From positions 3,937,001 to 3,970,000 of the forward strand of contig OU015569.1 in assembly GCA_907165135.1 (NCBI GenBank): a DNA stretch of 33,000 nucleotides. The letters are read 5' to 3'. The notes below the pieces were generated by a model. It was not told the origin of the DNA, made no database searches, and saw only the letters and a list, made by a program, of their open reading frames with translations. Both the position numbers and the translations under genes were made by a program. Below are positions 12,833-26,743 of the stretch, in pieces. Numbering within the stretch: the first letter of the stretch is position 1; every line of letters starts with the position of its first letter. Origin of the DNA: Oikopleura dioica. Lineage: Eukaryota > Animalia > Chordata.

Positions 12833-13679
12833 ATGGAAACCTCGACTGTTCCCATCCACCTTGCCATTGTTAATACGACTTCAGTTTTTGAAGAATATGA
12901 AGGCGAATATTGGACACTTATGGGTATTTAGCATTAGCATTAGAAGGCTAAACTAGCTTGAATGGACCTTTCAGGATGCTCTATTTTTCTTACGCTTATG
13001 GGCTTCTTTTGGCTCCTTTCAACAGTAGGAGGAATCGGAACCATCAAAGATCTACTATGCGGGTAAAAAATTATTGTCTTCAAATATCTTAACATTTGTT
13101 CAAGTTTGGCGTGTTCTGCTGCCTGCGAAGGATGGAAAAATGTTGATTACATCACTGAAAGCGTGACGTTCTTTAGCTATTGGACCTGTTTGCCATGGAT
13201 AACCTTTACTTATTGCCTATTGACGGTAAAATGATATGGGATTCAAAATGTATCAAAATTTTGCAGCTTATAAATGGCATTCTGGGAATCTGCGCCGTTA
13301 GATTTGAGCATCTTCCGTCACTCCAAGCTTTCATGATTTTCACAGTGGTCTCCCTTGTTGTTGGTATTCTACTATTTTGGTTCTACGCATGTATCAGTGT
13401 GGCATACTCCTGTTGCCGCTGTTGCTGTGAGAAAATCATTGAAGAAATAAAGGTATTTAAAAAAAAGTTCTTATATCATCATGGTACTTTCAGGAAATGG
13501 ACGAGATGGAAAGCCAACCGGTGAATAACAATCCCACAGAAGGACAGAACAAGAAAACTGAAGAGCCCGTGGAACATAACTATTGTTGTAACTTTTTCCT
13601 ACACTTTGCAGTCCCAATGATTCTATATTTTATCTGTCTATGCATTATCCTTAGCGTTGGCTGGTCCTTTGCCTTTTGA
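12833..13679 (+). CDS. Orphan cysteine-rich membrane protein with about 4 TM helices, 5 exons
   Basis: METSTVPIHL...YWTLMG|CSIFLTLMGFFWLL...LCG|LACSAACEGW...FTYCLLT|LINGILGICAV...SCCRCCCEKIIEEIK|EMDEME...VGWSFAF*. GT-AG introns keep frame; AATAAA follows the stop. Confidence 0.7.
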
Positions 13680-13787
13680 AACCTCTTGAATAAACGCAAG
13701 CACGAATTCTAAGAGAAGTGGTCACAGAGTTATAAAAATAAAGTATATATTAGTAGCATAGAAAAATAATAGAGGCGCAGGATCAAA

Positions 13788-14701
13788 TTAGAGCTGGTAA
13801 GGGATATCGTCCTGCTTGTCGAGTTGGTGAACCAAGGGAGTAGAAAACTTTGCGCTTCTCTTGAATTCTTCGCCAGCTGTTCCACCGACGATCTGTCCTT
13901 TCGTAGCGCTGAAAACAACGAATAATCATTTGATTTTACAAAGCAGACTTACGTTTTGTAAGCTTCATGAAGCTGGCTCCAAACAGTGATGGGCTTTTCG
14001 TTGAGGCAAGAGGAGTCGAACTGAGGTGGTCCCGGCTGAGTAGGGATGCGAGGATTCGCGCGTCGCGCTTCAAGGCGTTGCCTTTCCTCCTAAAACCGTA
14101 GTTTAGTATCAAAGACAAGAGTGTTAAAAAAAGAGATTCATGCACTGATTTTGATGTTTCATCAAAGGGCTAGAGTAAATGTAAATAAATGAGGTAAAAG
14201 CATGCATTAAATGTGTTAAGAGTCTAACCTCTTGTTTACGCATTTCCTCTGCTCTCTAAAAATAAAATTGAAAGGCTCTGCGATACTTGAAGCGAGTGAG
14301 TTCTACCTCCTCGTCAAGAACTTCTTGCAGGGCATCTTGATATCTCTTACGGGTCAAAACGCCGGCCTGAGCCTCTTTGGGGCGGCTATCGGGCTGCTTG
14401 TAGTAATCGGCGGTAGTTGTCAAGAACTGGTGATCAGCCTTTTCTCCAGTAATCTAAAAGATCGCTCATCACAGCTCATAACTACTCAATCTATCTTACC
14501 AGATTTTTGTGGCCATTTTTAAGCTCTACGCTGGTCGAAACCTCACCGTCAGATGATCTATTCAATCTATCCTGAAATAACCAGCTAAGTCTCTCCTGCA
14601 AGAAAAACACGCTAACTTACCTCGACCCAGTTTTCTAAGAGAGTCCGACCGCCCGCATTAGGACTTCTAATCAAGTTGCAGCCAAAGGGAGGGGCGCTCA
14701 T
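13788..14701 (-). CDS. SPAG8: SPAG8-like axonemal microtubule inner protein, 5 exons
   Basis: TTTTAG|A-ATG; MSAPPFGCNL..GRTLLENWVE|DR..KNGHKNL|IT..LTTTADYYKQP.., NEKPITVWSQ, FKRSAKFSTPL. These match the SPAG8 blocks LLxNWxEER, GHxGLLT, EQPxTFW and FRKNxxFSTP. Not in the ORF track. Confidence 0.8.
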
Positions 14702-14861
14702 TCTAAAAATGTAAAAATGTTAATTCAGAAATTCGCGGTTTGTTCGTTTTTGTTTTATAAAAAAAGATATCAATATTAACTATATTTAGCACATCAACGA
14801 AACCCGTTGTTACAGAAATGTAGAACGAAGTCGAGGTGTGGATGAGTTGTCTTGCTTCAAT

Positions 14862-16217
14862 TTATCGTTGTCGGGGCTTGTTGAGCTTGCGAGAGACCTT
14901 GCCCAGATCTTGGTACTGGGTGGTGTACTCGGAGCGGAACACGATTCGACGACGGTCTTTATCAGTTCGCTCGACACAGTGCTCTCGCTGCATTCCCTTC
15001 AGATCTTCTTCGTCGATGTAGTTGGCCTTTAAAATTGATTTAATAAAAGAAAACGGCAATTAAAAATTACCTTGAAGACAGTCTCAACGCTGCTGTGATG
15101 CTGGAGTGGCAAGTGCCAGTGTCCGCTACCAAGGGAGGTGATGAGACGATCAGCCCAAACTGGACGTTGCTTGTCTGTTGGAATATACATATGCGGTGGG
15201 TAGCACTAGAAAGCGTCACATGTATAAATCAAATTCGCTCGCATACCTTGAAAAATCGGCTGTTAGTGGACTCGTCTCCCATTCGATCGGAGAGCCCCTG
15301 TTTGAGACAGTTCTTGCTATCTGTTGGCTTCCCTTATTGCTTCCACGAACGATTCGGCACTGAAAAACTCGAATTCATATTTAAAATAATTTTAAAGACT
15401 TACATCGGTCTCGAAAATGGGGAAGAGTGGTTCCTTCTTTGGCAAATTTTTCATCATCTCGAACAAATCGACTTCAAGCTCTGGCTTCTGTTCGCCGCTC
15501 TGGGGCTCCAAAAGGGGCACGTTGAAGACCTTCTTCTTTGGAAGTTGGCTTCTTGATAGCTGGCGAATTCGAGGCGTCGATGGCTTCTTCAACTCTTCTT
15601 CACTTTCTCGGGGAGGGAGAAGAACCAGCTAAAAAAATCAATGTTTTCTAGAGCAGACTTTGTTTACTTTCCACAATTTGGGTGAAACTTACCGGTTTCT
15701 TGCGCTTATTCTTCATAAGATCAATAATTTGGTCTTCGTGCTGCTTGCATTCAAAACGGCGAAACTGCTCCCGCTGCGCATTACGCTTTTCTGCGTCTGT
15801 GTTCAATCGAGATTGGCTAAAATTCGATGTCAAACACGCAGAATTATTATCTTACCGAATGCAGCAATATGTCTGGCCGATTTTTTGAATTTCAGCATTG
15901 GTGAGGCCAAGGCGTGGACCACGGCTCTTCTCGAATTCAGTAAATGAGCCTTCGTTAGGAGCACCGGCCCGTGTGTAGCGTCGAAAAGACTGAGGAGGAA
16001 GTTTGGGATTTATCTGCCGTTCTCTTTCCTACGAAGACTTTCAAAGCTGAATAATAAAAAAGTGACTTACCAGCCCAAGATGCGCCTTGTTTAGATTTAT
16101 CCTCTTGAACCCACTTCCTCGACTCTGCGACTGTTTGACGCCCTGGTGGGGCCTTGCACCTGAAAATACTCAAATACTTCTCTCTCGATTAAAAACGAAA
16201 AAAATACCATTCTCCAT
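14862..16217 (-). CDS. Uncharacterised multi-exon protein with C-terminal Mn/SAXO-like motifs
   Basis: MEN|GARPHQG..HLGL|ERERQINPKLPPQ..YCCIR|QSRLNTD..KKP|LVLLPP..FETD|..RFFK|CYPPH..SSVETVFK|ANYIDEE..IVFRSEYTTQYQDLGK..QR*. Canonical splice sites, with one frame ambiguity near 15330. Confidence 0.7.
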
Positions 16218-16428
16218 CCCTCGAAGAACTGTGCTGAGCCCCTTCTGACAAATTCGGAAAACATCAATATTACTTCTAGAAACTTTTTTCCATTTTTTTT
16301 TTTATTTCAGCGCTTTTGTGAAAATATAAATTCGTTTATGGTAGCAAAATAGAAGAATTATTCGGAAGTAGAAATCAAAAGGTCAATAGTAATAGTACAG
16401 TAAATTTACAGTAAATAGAAAAACACAC

Positions 16429-17278
16429 TTATTGAGCGGTAGCAACTGTAATTGGAGCGATGTGGTGAGCCTTCCATCTAGAAATCGAGGCTTTATTTTC
16501 ATCCTCTTCTTCTTCGCCGTCTTCAACCACGATGCTCACGTACTCGCCGTGTTGCTCGCAGCCAATGTCGAAAACGTATTTTCCAGGACTGAAGGAAATA
16601 CGAAATTTCAGTTTTTCATCATTTAAACCGTACCCGCTTATTTGGTTGGTCTTCCAGCCGCCCTGGTAGCGGTGATTTTTGTGAATGAGCTCAGCACCTC
16701 CATTTGCCTGGTCACTTTCCCACTTTCCTTTGAAGACTGTGCCGTTCTCTCTGAAAAGAAGATGTAAAGAATTCGGAACTAGTTTAGCTGTATTTACTTG
16801 AACGTGTAAGTACCATCGCCGTGGCGTTTATCATCTTTGAACTGGCCTTCGTAAGTGTCACCGTTGACATATGTGTACGTTCCTGAGAGTATTTTTGACT
16901 TCGTTTGTTTTACGAAAAAAGTTTAGTAACGTACCGATTCCATTTTTCTTGTCGTCTTCCCACTGACCGGAGTAAACTGAGCCGTCTGGGTAATACATTT
17001 TTCCCTCACCGACCTTTTTATTTCTCGAGTAGGATCCGACATATCGTGCTCCACCCTAAAATCTAAGCTCCACGGATAATTCTTAGTCTTTATACTTTGA
17101 ACTTGTAGACACCTTCGCCATGCCTTTGTCCCTTTTCGTACTGTCCTTCGTAGACATCTCCGTTGGACAAAGTCGCCTTCCCGGTGCCGTGCCGTTCCCC
17201 CGCTTCGTTCCGCTCGCCATCGTACTCGCCAAAGTAGAACTCTTGTCCGTCCTCGAATTCTGCCTCGGAATCCGACAT
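16429..17278 (-). CDS. RSPH1: Radial spoke head component 1 (MORN repeats)
   Basis: [42 protein letters not shown], repeated YxGxW/F...HGx[17 protein letters not shown], acidic stretch, RWKA C-terminus. Confidence 0.93.
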
Positions 17279-17351
17279 TTTAGTTCTTAGCTGAATCAAA
17301 ATAAACTGATGGATGAAGGATGAATATCTTAAATGTACAGGCAGAGCGAAG

Positions 17352-17909
17352 CTAAAAATCATCATGAGGGGGCATTGCTTTTATTATTTCCTCTTCAGCC
17401 TTTTTTATCAGCTCTGGATGCTTTGCGGCCATCTTCCGTTTGATAACTTTGAGCCGTTCGTAAGTGGCGTCCATGTCAGTCTTGAGACTGAGAACAACAG
17501 CAGTGTGGTCGTTTAGGCGTTCTGCTAGAATTGCGTAGTGGTTTCCGACGATCAGATTAGCGTTGTGAACCATTTCTCCTGTCTTCTCAAATCTAAAGCG
17601 ATTTACCAGCTTTTTATGATCAAGATAGGAAGAAAATTATGCTTGGCAAAGTGGGGATAAAATGATCACAAAGACGACTCGAGCGATAGGATGACCTTTC
17701 AAAATTATAAATTATAAAAATAGCTGCTACAATGTTGACTTGTTGGATGAAGGCAATTACTTGCCGAACAAATTTCAACTCGCTTACCTCAGAGCAGTAT
17801 CCCGCTGCGCACGTTCTACTTCTTCTATGTCCTGACGACAGAGGATCTGCGTAATATGCTCTGGAGGAGCATTACTGCCACTTTCATCGTGCTCTTGATT
17901 GCGACTCAT
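17352..17909 (-). CDS. KXD1: KxDL-motif protein 1 (BORC/BLOC-1 associated), 2 exons
   Basis: [16 protein letters not shown]|[12 protein letters not shown]...[32 protein letters not shown] matches KXD1 RFEKTNEML...[29 protein letters not shown]. Confidence 0.9.
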
Positions 17910-17941
17910 TGCGCGCCCTGTTTCGGAAAAATCTTTTCCCC

Positions 17942-17955
17942 GTTGCTGGGGCGAC
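17942..17955. promoter_or_regulatory. Candidate X-box (RFX site) at the head of the KXD1-RSPH1-orphan-SPAG8 cluster
   Basis: cGTTGCT-GG-GGCGACg, 33-46 nt upstream of the KXD1 ATG; close to the GTTGCY-NN-GGCRAC RFX motif. Confidence 0.5.
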
Positions 17956-20592
17956 GGAATACACCTCCACTCCTCTGTTCACGAAACTAACAAAATCGCC
18001 AGTTTTTCTTAACACAAAAAAGTCAAAATAGCCTCCGTGTCGTCACAGATTATTGACTCTGTAGTGAGCTGTTGTGATGGTCACATCAGAATTTTGGAGA
18101 AGTGCATACAAAAGAATACATTTTTCTTTCGCAAGTCTTTATTATGGTCGAAGTAAGAGCTCGAGAAGAACAAAAAGCGACAAGAAATAATACTTGGTCC
18201 AGGAAGAAATGACGGTGTTTTTTTCGAATTGCAGTGAAAGAGCTTAATTGTTCTGGGTATAAGGAGATACGTCGTCTTTGCTTTTAGTAGCTGAATATCA
18301 TCCAAACCATAACAGTGAGCACTGACATAGCAAACATGTAAAGCGCCCCTTTGAAAATTGAGCTATTGAGCCGTGAATAAGTATTTTTTCTTAATTACCG
18401 ATCAGCAAAGATAAACGCTGGTGTTCCATTGTGAGAAAATTGTAGTAGCTAATACAGTTATCTCGTTGTCGGGTAAAATCGTTCCCGCTCAAAGCCGGGC
18501 TATCAATCGAGATTCGATGCTCATCAAAATAATTAAGTTATCAGTAAATATTAGCCCTGACTTAAAATATACCCAGTGTGTATATTGCTAGAAGAGGTTA
18601 AGACTGGTTGATATCAAGGAAGACTTATACTTCAAAATTCGAGAGCATAGAAGAAAATTGACAGTTTCTTAACCTACACCTGTAGTAGACATCCTTCTTG
18701 AATGAATGGGATGCGTCTCTTATTAATAGGATGAAATGCTATCAATATCGATTTTTCTACACATATTTCCTACTCTCCTTGAAAGTGAGAACTCGTCTAG
18801 CTGCAGCATGTATTTCTTATATTTTTCAGTCAACTGGCAAAGATGAGACCAGGGAGATGAAATTCAAGATGACCAAGCCGTCAAAATCAATCATCGCTTT
18901 CAATATATTTAATTTATCTTCCATCAAAGTAAAATCAAAGCAAAAAGAAAATATTTTTCCAGTCGTCTCCATCTAATCCTTAGTTCAATAAGAATCTATT
19001 TTCGAGTGAAGATTCAATCTCGTATTTAATTTGGACGCGCACAAAAAGTGGATATATTTCAAATATGTAGCGCCTGGGAAAGAAAGATGATTCCATTGAC
19101 TCTACTATGTCCACATCCGTAGTAGATGGATGAATTCCCTTTGTACCCCCCAAGAATTTTAGAACAGAGCAATTAAGGCCCTCATAAATAGGCGCAAGTT
19201 AAAGTGGTTTAGTTTACGAGCCCACGTGAACTAATAAGAGACAGACAATGAGAAGTTAACGAGCCATTGCGACAACGGATTTTACGCGGCGGCGATACCG
19301 CAGCCGATCTCCTATCCGTATTACTCGCCACCGGCCCATGTTTCGTTTTTCGACTATTGAGTTATTGTAGAGTTGTGTTTACTAACTTTGAGAGAAAAAA
19401 AAGGATGAAAGCTTTTAGTTAACAAAGGGAGTCGCCTCTGCTCGTGGAGCTATGGGAGTGAGATGGTGTGCTTGAGTGTTGACTATCGGCTTCGGGTTTG
19501 GGCCCGCGTTCGTGGAGGCGGGTATCGGGTGAAAAAGAAAGACAACCGAAGGAACACACAGAGAATGAGAGCTACTTCAACCAACTAAACAGTGAAATTA
19601 ACATAACACCGCCTTGTCTGGTGAAAAGAGAGAGAAAGAGAACTCGCCGAGAGAAAATTATCTGCGCCATTTGTGTGAAAGAATAATGGACAATCCAAAT
19701 GCGCCTCCTCTTTTCGCAGGGACCGATCGACCATAATGCGATGTTTGACCCTTTCGGGTTGTTGTACCCAGGGGACTGGGTGAAACTTCGTAGATTTGGT
19801 CACTCGGCTCTAGATCGAGACCTCGACTGACGCGCCTCGTAATTTTACTATAACAGCGTTAGTGAGATGGAAACGCTAACTGAAAATGATTAGATGGCGC
19901 CTGCTTCGTTGAAGAACAGTAAAACCTTGCAAACTCACGTGAAACACAATTGCAAAGCTTTCTGTCCTTTACCGAATCGGGGAGAAGTATTCGACGACAT
20001 CGAAATCAAGGAAGACAAAACAAGGAGGAACTTAGTAGTACACTCTGGGTAACAGTGGCGGATTAATGGCCTTGCGTGAAACTTTGACGCTTGTACCAAG
20101 TCTGTTAACGCCGTTGTAACCGATACGTGGACACGATCGACAGACCATCTTTCCTTCGAGAATAAGGCAATTGCCGTTTAGTTTGCCCGTAGAGCAACAT
20201 AGTAATCGCTTAATTATGGTCATAACTTTAGTTGCGACTATAATTCTGAACGAGGCAATTCATCATTTTCCGCAAAGCGCAAATATTTACTTAGCACGGA
20301 TGAGCTCGAGCTGGACGGTCAATAGCAATCAGTCATTCTTCGGAAGCGACTGGATTGAAGCTTTAGTCAAATACGAAGCCTGGTTAGTTGAAATTCGATT
20401 ACTAAGAATTTCTTCTACTCTCAAAAATGGTAATAATCCAAATGACAATTGCAAGGAAGTCTGAGGTCAATTTTAATTCAAGGAAGGAATTTATTTACCA
20501 ATAGAGCAATATTTAGAAGACACAGTAAGACAGTCATTAAGTACTAAAAGAAGCGGATTCGAGAATAGACAGAATAAAAGAAGGAATAATCG

Positions 20593-22688
20593 TCATCGTT
20601 GTAACGGTGCCATTACGGCCTTATCTTCGGCGGCAGCTTTTTTATGTTTCTGGTACTCTTCGGCGGGCAAATAGCCGACATAGGCGAGCATGTAAACGGC
20701 TCCTTTCAGTCGCCCCGCAAGAAGAGGAGCATACGAAGAAATGATGCCTTCCGTCCAAGACGAGGCTGGATAAATAAACATGGCAGCGCTGAAAATAATA
20801 AATCAGTTTTGTCGAGGAAATCAAACAAACTGGAATAAGTGAATGTTCGATAAATGGTGGATAAATTATAAAACTTTACCCTTATGATTTGAGCATGAAA
20901 ATAATACTTAACCAGCGCTAGAATGAAAAGAATGTTTAAGAGGAAATCTTCTCGAATAAAATTAATTACCGTTCTTCACTGTTAACATAAACTAGTCCAA
21001 CAGAATTCGTGAGTTGAAAATATTGATTTAGGCTTTTGATGCTGCGCTGTGAGCCTCGGCCTTTTGTTATCAACAAGAATGCGCCGACTTTGCCTTGTTT
21101 CGCTTTTTCGGACATAGAATTCGCAAGATTGTGGTTGAAAGTAAGACGATGCTTTATGCTCATTTTACTGAGGGAAGAGAATGATAGGGATAGTCGTTTC
21201 TGGTCGCCAGCGATTAGCGAGAAACGAGCGGAGATAGGCTGCTTCTTGATCTCGAGCTCGCCTTCCCAACAATCGCCCAGAGCTGAGTGAAGCTCGAGAA
21301 GACTGCCAGATTCGCGTGCTCGTCGTTCATGATAGGCAGACAACGAAGAGAATGTACCGATCTTTTCAGCTCCCTCCTGTGTAAACGCGTAGTCGACGCG
21401 ACAACGTCGCTCTGAACCAGGAAGCCGCTTCCCTCGGAGGGCGGAGATAGCGTAAGTCACACTGTCAATAGTCTGGAAAGTAACTTCTGCCCAATCGGAG
21501 TTCTCGTTTTTCCTTGTGGAAGATGTTATTATTATATAAATGAGAAGACGCTCACTTGATGTTATAGATGGAGCCGTATTTACTACATTCACGCTGAAGA
21601 AGAGTTGTAGTTACTTCTGGGCCGAGGCCACCGACCCATAAAACTTTACTCGGAACAGGTCTTCCCCAGCCCACACGAATCGCGTTTCTATGAAGTACTT
21701 TTCCGTTCATCGCTAACTTCGCTTTCCAGGCCATGTTCAAATCCAAGTATTTCACGAAGCCAAAGTTGGAGTGATTTGCATTTCGTGCTTGTTTTATGTC
21801 GCATTCAAGAATATCGCCATATTCTTCAAATTCTGAGTAGATGTCTTCCCGATTGAGGCTTCGATCCAAATTTCCCAAGAATAATGAGCGAGTTGCTCCT
21901 GGATCGTCTTCTGGTGGGTAATCTTCACCGGGCCTAAATCAAAACGTTTCGCGAGGAATCTCGGCAAACTCTACCTATGAGCCCTTCCACCGGGAAAGAA
22001 TTTTTCGCCTTCCAGATGTGTTCGCTTTCGACCCGCTTCATCGCGAGGAAATTCAAAGTCCGGCTTGATTCCTGGCCTCGTTGCGTACCCACGCGGCTCA
22101 TCTCTCCCTCTTCGTTCGCTACTCCGGTAGCGCTCGGTTCGCTCTTCGCGTGGTGGCGATCGCCTGGATCTGCTGTGTGACCTATACAAATCCTACATTC
22201 TTGCTCTTCAATGTCTATTTTTACCTGTATTCGTCCCTGTACTCGGGACTGTGCCGGTCTCTTTTATATCTATGATAGTCATCGTAGCGCCGGTCATCGT
22301 CGTGAGGGGACCTTCTGTAAATAAGAGTTAACGAAAAAGTCGAAAAGCAAGCTTACCGATCTCGTTTGTGACCAAGCCAAACATCGATTCGCAGTCTCCG
22401 CTCATTCATTACAAGGTGGCCACGGGCTGCCTTCGCGTCTTTTGCAGAATCGTGGTGCGCGAATTCGATGAAGCCGACGCGTTCGTCGTGGTCGTCTTTC
22501 CCCATACGAACCTAAACTCCCGTTTCGAATCTTACTTAAACAAGCAGACTTACTCTGCATTTTCCATATTTTGAGTATTCTTCTTGGAGACAGTCCACCA
22601 CGTCATTATCCTTTATTTCACCGGGGATGTTTCGGACAACAAGATTTCGGTAGTACGGCTCATCTTCGTCCGATCGATATCTTTTCAT
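20593..22688 (-). CDS. RBM15: RBM15/Spenito-like RNA-binding protein (3 RRM + SPOC)
   Basis: RRM1 ERVGFIEF..AKAARGHLVMNERRLRID; PPEDDPGATRSLFLGNLD (RRM2); RVGWGRPVPSKVLWVGGLGP..ALRGKRLPGSERRCRVDYA (RRM3); SPOC WEGELEIKK..LNQYF..VGLV. Confidence 0.92.
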
Positions 22689-22779
22689 TTCTTAAGAAAA
22701 TTTATCGAAATCGTTATTTTTGAATAGAAGGTCTTCACGTTGAAGGAACTGAAAAGAACTGAGTGAGATCTGTAAAGTG

Positions 22780-24168
<1,389 letters not shown>

Positions 24169-24285
24169 GAACTCTCATCTGAATAGAAGGTCTTTTTAAC
24201 TACATGACACATTGAAATCAATTTTAATATCAATTATGCGTATTTACAGTTTGATGGTGATAAGAGTTGACGGAAAATAGAGTTA

Positions 24286-24963
24286 TCATTTTTTTGATTT
24301 TGGAAAAAAAGTGCAGCGCGAAGAGAAAGGGGGTAACTCGTTCTCTTGGAAATTCTCCAGAGAAACGGGGATACGAAATGCCACTTCGTTTTGAGTTAAT
24401 TGAACAATTGTGCTTATAGTTTTAGAGGAGAGCTTTATAAGGATTAAATATCTTAGGTAAATTTCAATACGATACATGACTTGCTTTCTTACTTTGATTT
24501 GAGTTATTGAAGCCTTTTACATTTTTGGTGTCATCAATAAAAGAGGCGAGATCGCCTCAAATTTGGAGAGGAACGATAGATTACGACAAATTATAGCATT
24601 TTGGAGAAAATTTTTAGTTACCTCCGAAAGGGAAGAAGCCTGACTTGTATTTGTCATATCCGAGTATGTAAATTAAAAAGAGCCGAGAAAAGCTCATGTG
24701 ATTGTTTGTTTAAAAACTTTCTGACATGAATACTCTGTGAATGTGCTCGGTGCGGATTTAAGAAGAATAATGAAAAGACAATCTAGATTGAGTTGAAAGG
24801 ATTTTATATGAATCAGAATGTTCTGTGTTAACAATAAAGGAGAAGTAGAGACCAACGCTACAAACATTATTTGAACAAGAAAAATTCTTTTTGCTTTTTT
24901 CATGCGTAGTTTCTCAGAAGTTAGGGTAGGTCCATCGGGTTTAGAATAAGCGTACTGGGCCAT
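24286..24963 (-). CDS. Probable orphan gene between CAPZA and TMEM184C; exon structure unresolved
   Basis: AAAATG start MAQYAYSKPDG..KKAKRIFLVQIMFVALV (hydrophobic); internal exon-like SRLFLIYILGYDKYKSGFFPFG|gtaac; terminal ORF ending at 24286; same strand and tight spacing as its neighbours. Confidence 0.35.
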
Positions 24964-25162
24964 TTTATTTTCATTTTTTGGCTACTTAACCGTTAGAAAA
25001 CGGACTGTGATTGAATGTGTTAGCAAAATTGTATTTTTTTGTTTTAGCAAAGGCGCTTTTGCACAAGTCCGAAAAGTAAAACGGAATCTTGCATTTTATA
25101 TTTTGTTGAATAGGAAATAAGAGAAACAAAACTATAGAACAGGCATTTTTGCTTTTTAAATG

Positions 25163-26160
25163 TTAATGATTGGCAGCTTGGGTAGCTTCTTTCCCGATTC
25201 TGTAGCCAAGGAGTTTGTGCCAGTCGATCTTTGTCTTGGTCATTGGCAGCTGCCGTCTGAGTGCTTTGAAAGTAGTGTCCGACATTTTCACGTAGTTGTC
25301 CGAAATGGCGCTTTGGTAGTCGCCCTCAGAAGTCTTCACATATTTGATCAGATCCGCCACGAACTGAAAAATAAAAGTAAAGCAAAGACGATGATAAACG
25401 GCACCTGATTTCTGTCGTAGCACATTTCGTGTTCGTATTCTTTTTTGCAAAGCAGTTGGACGTTTCCGTTCTCGTAGTAATGGACTTGTATGCGCAGCAG
25501 ACCCGAGATCGTCGCCTGGCCATCATTGATTTCAATCGTCCAGCATGATCGCTAAACAGCGAAATTAGCGAACTAGAATTACGAAAAAGGGATTACCCAA
25601 CGGCCGCCCCAGTGATTTCTCGACTGGAATTCGTGATCTTCGATGCAGATGATGACTGTGATTTTGGAGGCTTCTGACTGACCGTAGACAGAGGTGGTGC
25701 CATTTGGGTAATGAGCGTTGACGTAGGCTTCCACCGCGGCCTCGACTTCTGCCCTTAGCGGTTCGCTCTTTTCGTCCGTCGGGATCTGCTGGAGGTCGCT
25801 GGCCGCGCGCTGCATGTGATGGTAGTCGAACGACTGAAACAATAATTATCGCTAATTGGAGCTTAAGTGACGCACTTGTTTCGACTTGGGATCGTAGTAT
25901 CGACCATTTGGAAGTGCGGCGGCAGGCGTCAGCAGGCACTTCTCTCCCGTGCCCAGTTCGACGGGGAGGAACTGTTCGACGTTCCACTGCGGCACCGCAA
26001 TCCGACAGGCCTCTTTCATCTGATTTTCATTGTGCAGGATCGTCGCCACGTCGTTGTAAACCTCGTTGAATTCGCCGGGCGGAGCAAATTTGAGGAAGTC
26101 GGCGGCCATCTCTATCTTCGTCGCCTCGCTGATCGGCTCTTCGTCGTACGAATCTGCCAT
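25163..26160 (-). CDS. CAPZA: F-actin capping protein alpha subunit
   Basis: [54 protein letters not shown]|[36 protein letters not shown]. Confidence 0.97.
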
Positions 26161-26743
26161 TTTTTTATTTTCTAAACGCAGTTTTCTCAAAAGAAATTCA
26201 AGATGGCGAAAAAGAGGTGATAAAACACTCAGCGCTGATGATACATACAAGAAGCCGTAAAAATTATTATCTGCGATCTATGCGCATTTTCAGTAGTCAA
26301 TTTAATAACTAGAACATTTATCAGATAAATTGATAATAGACATTTAACTGACTTGATTAACTACGCCATGTTCTTGATGATTTAAAAATAAGAATGAATA
26401 AGGTTAGAAATTGACTGATTTGAGCGCAGAATTAGAGAGAACTGAGAGGGCGCTAGAATAATTTCATCAGGGCGGGCGGAGTCTCTTTTCCTCTTTTGAT
26501 AATTTGATATTGATGGCGACTGGAACTAATGAAGCCAATGGCTGCCGAAACTGGTGTTTTCTTTTATTTCTCTTTTCTGGCGACTTTTTGGAAAAATAAT
26601 TCTCTTGGGGGCTTTCGGTGATTGGGCGTTTCGACGAGAGCCTCTATTGGGCGTTTTCAAAAAGAGCCATTTTAGAGGAAATTCAAAGGCAAACGCGAGA
26701 TCCTGGACGAAGAAAAACGGAAACGCAAATTTGATTAATCGAA

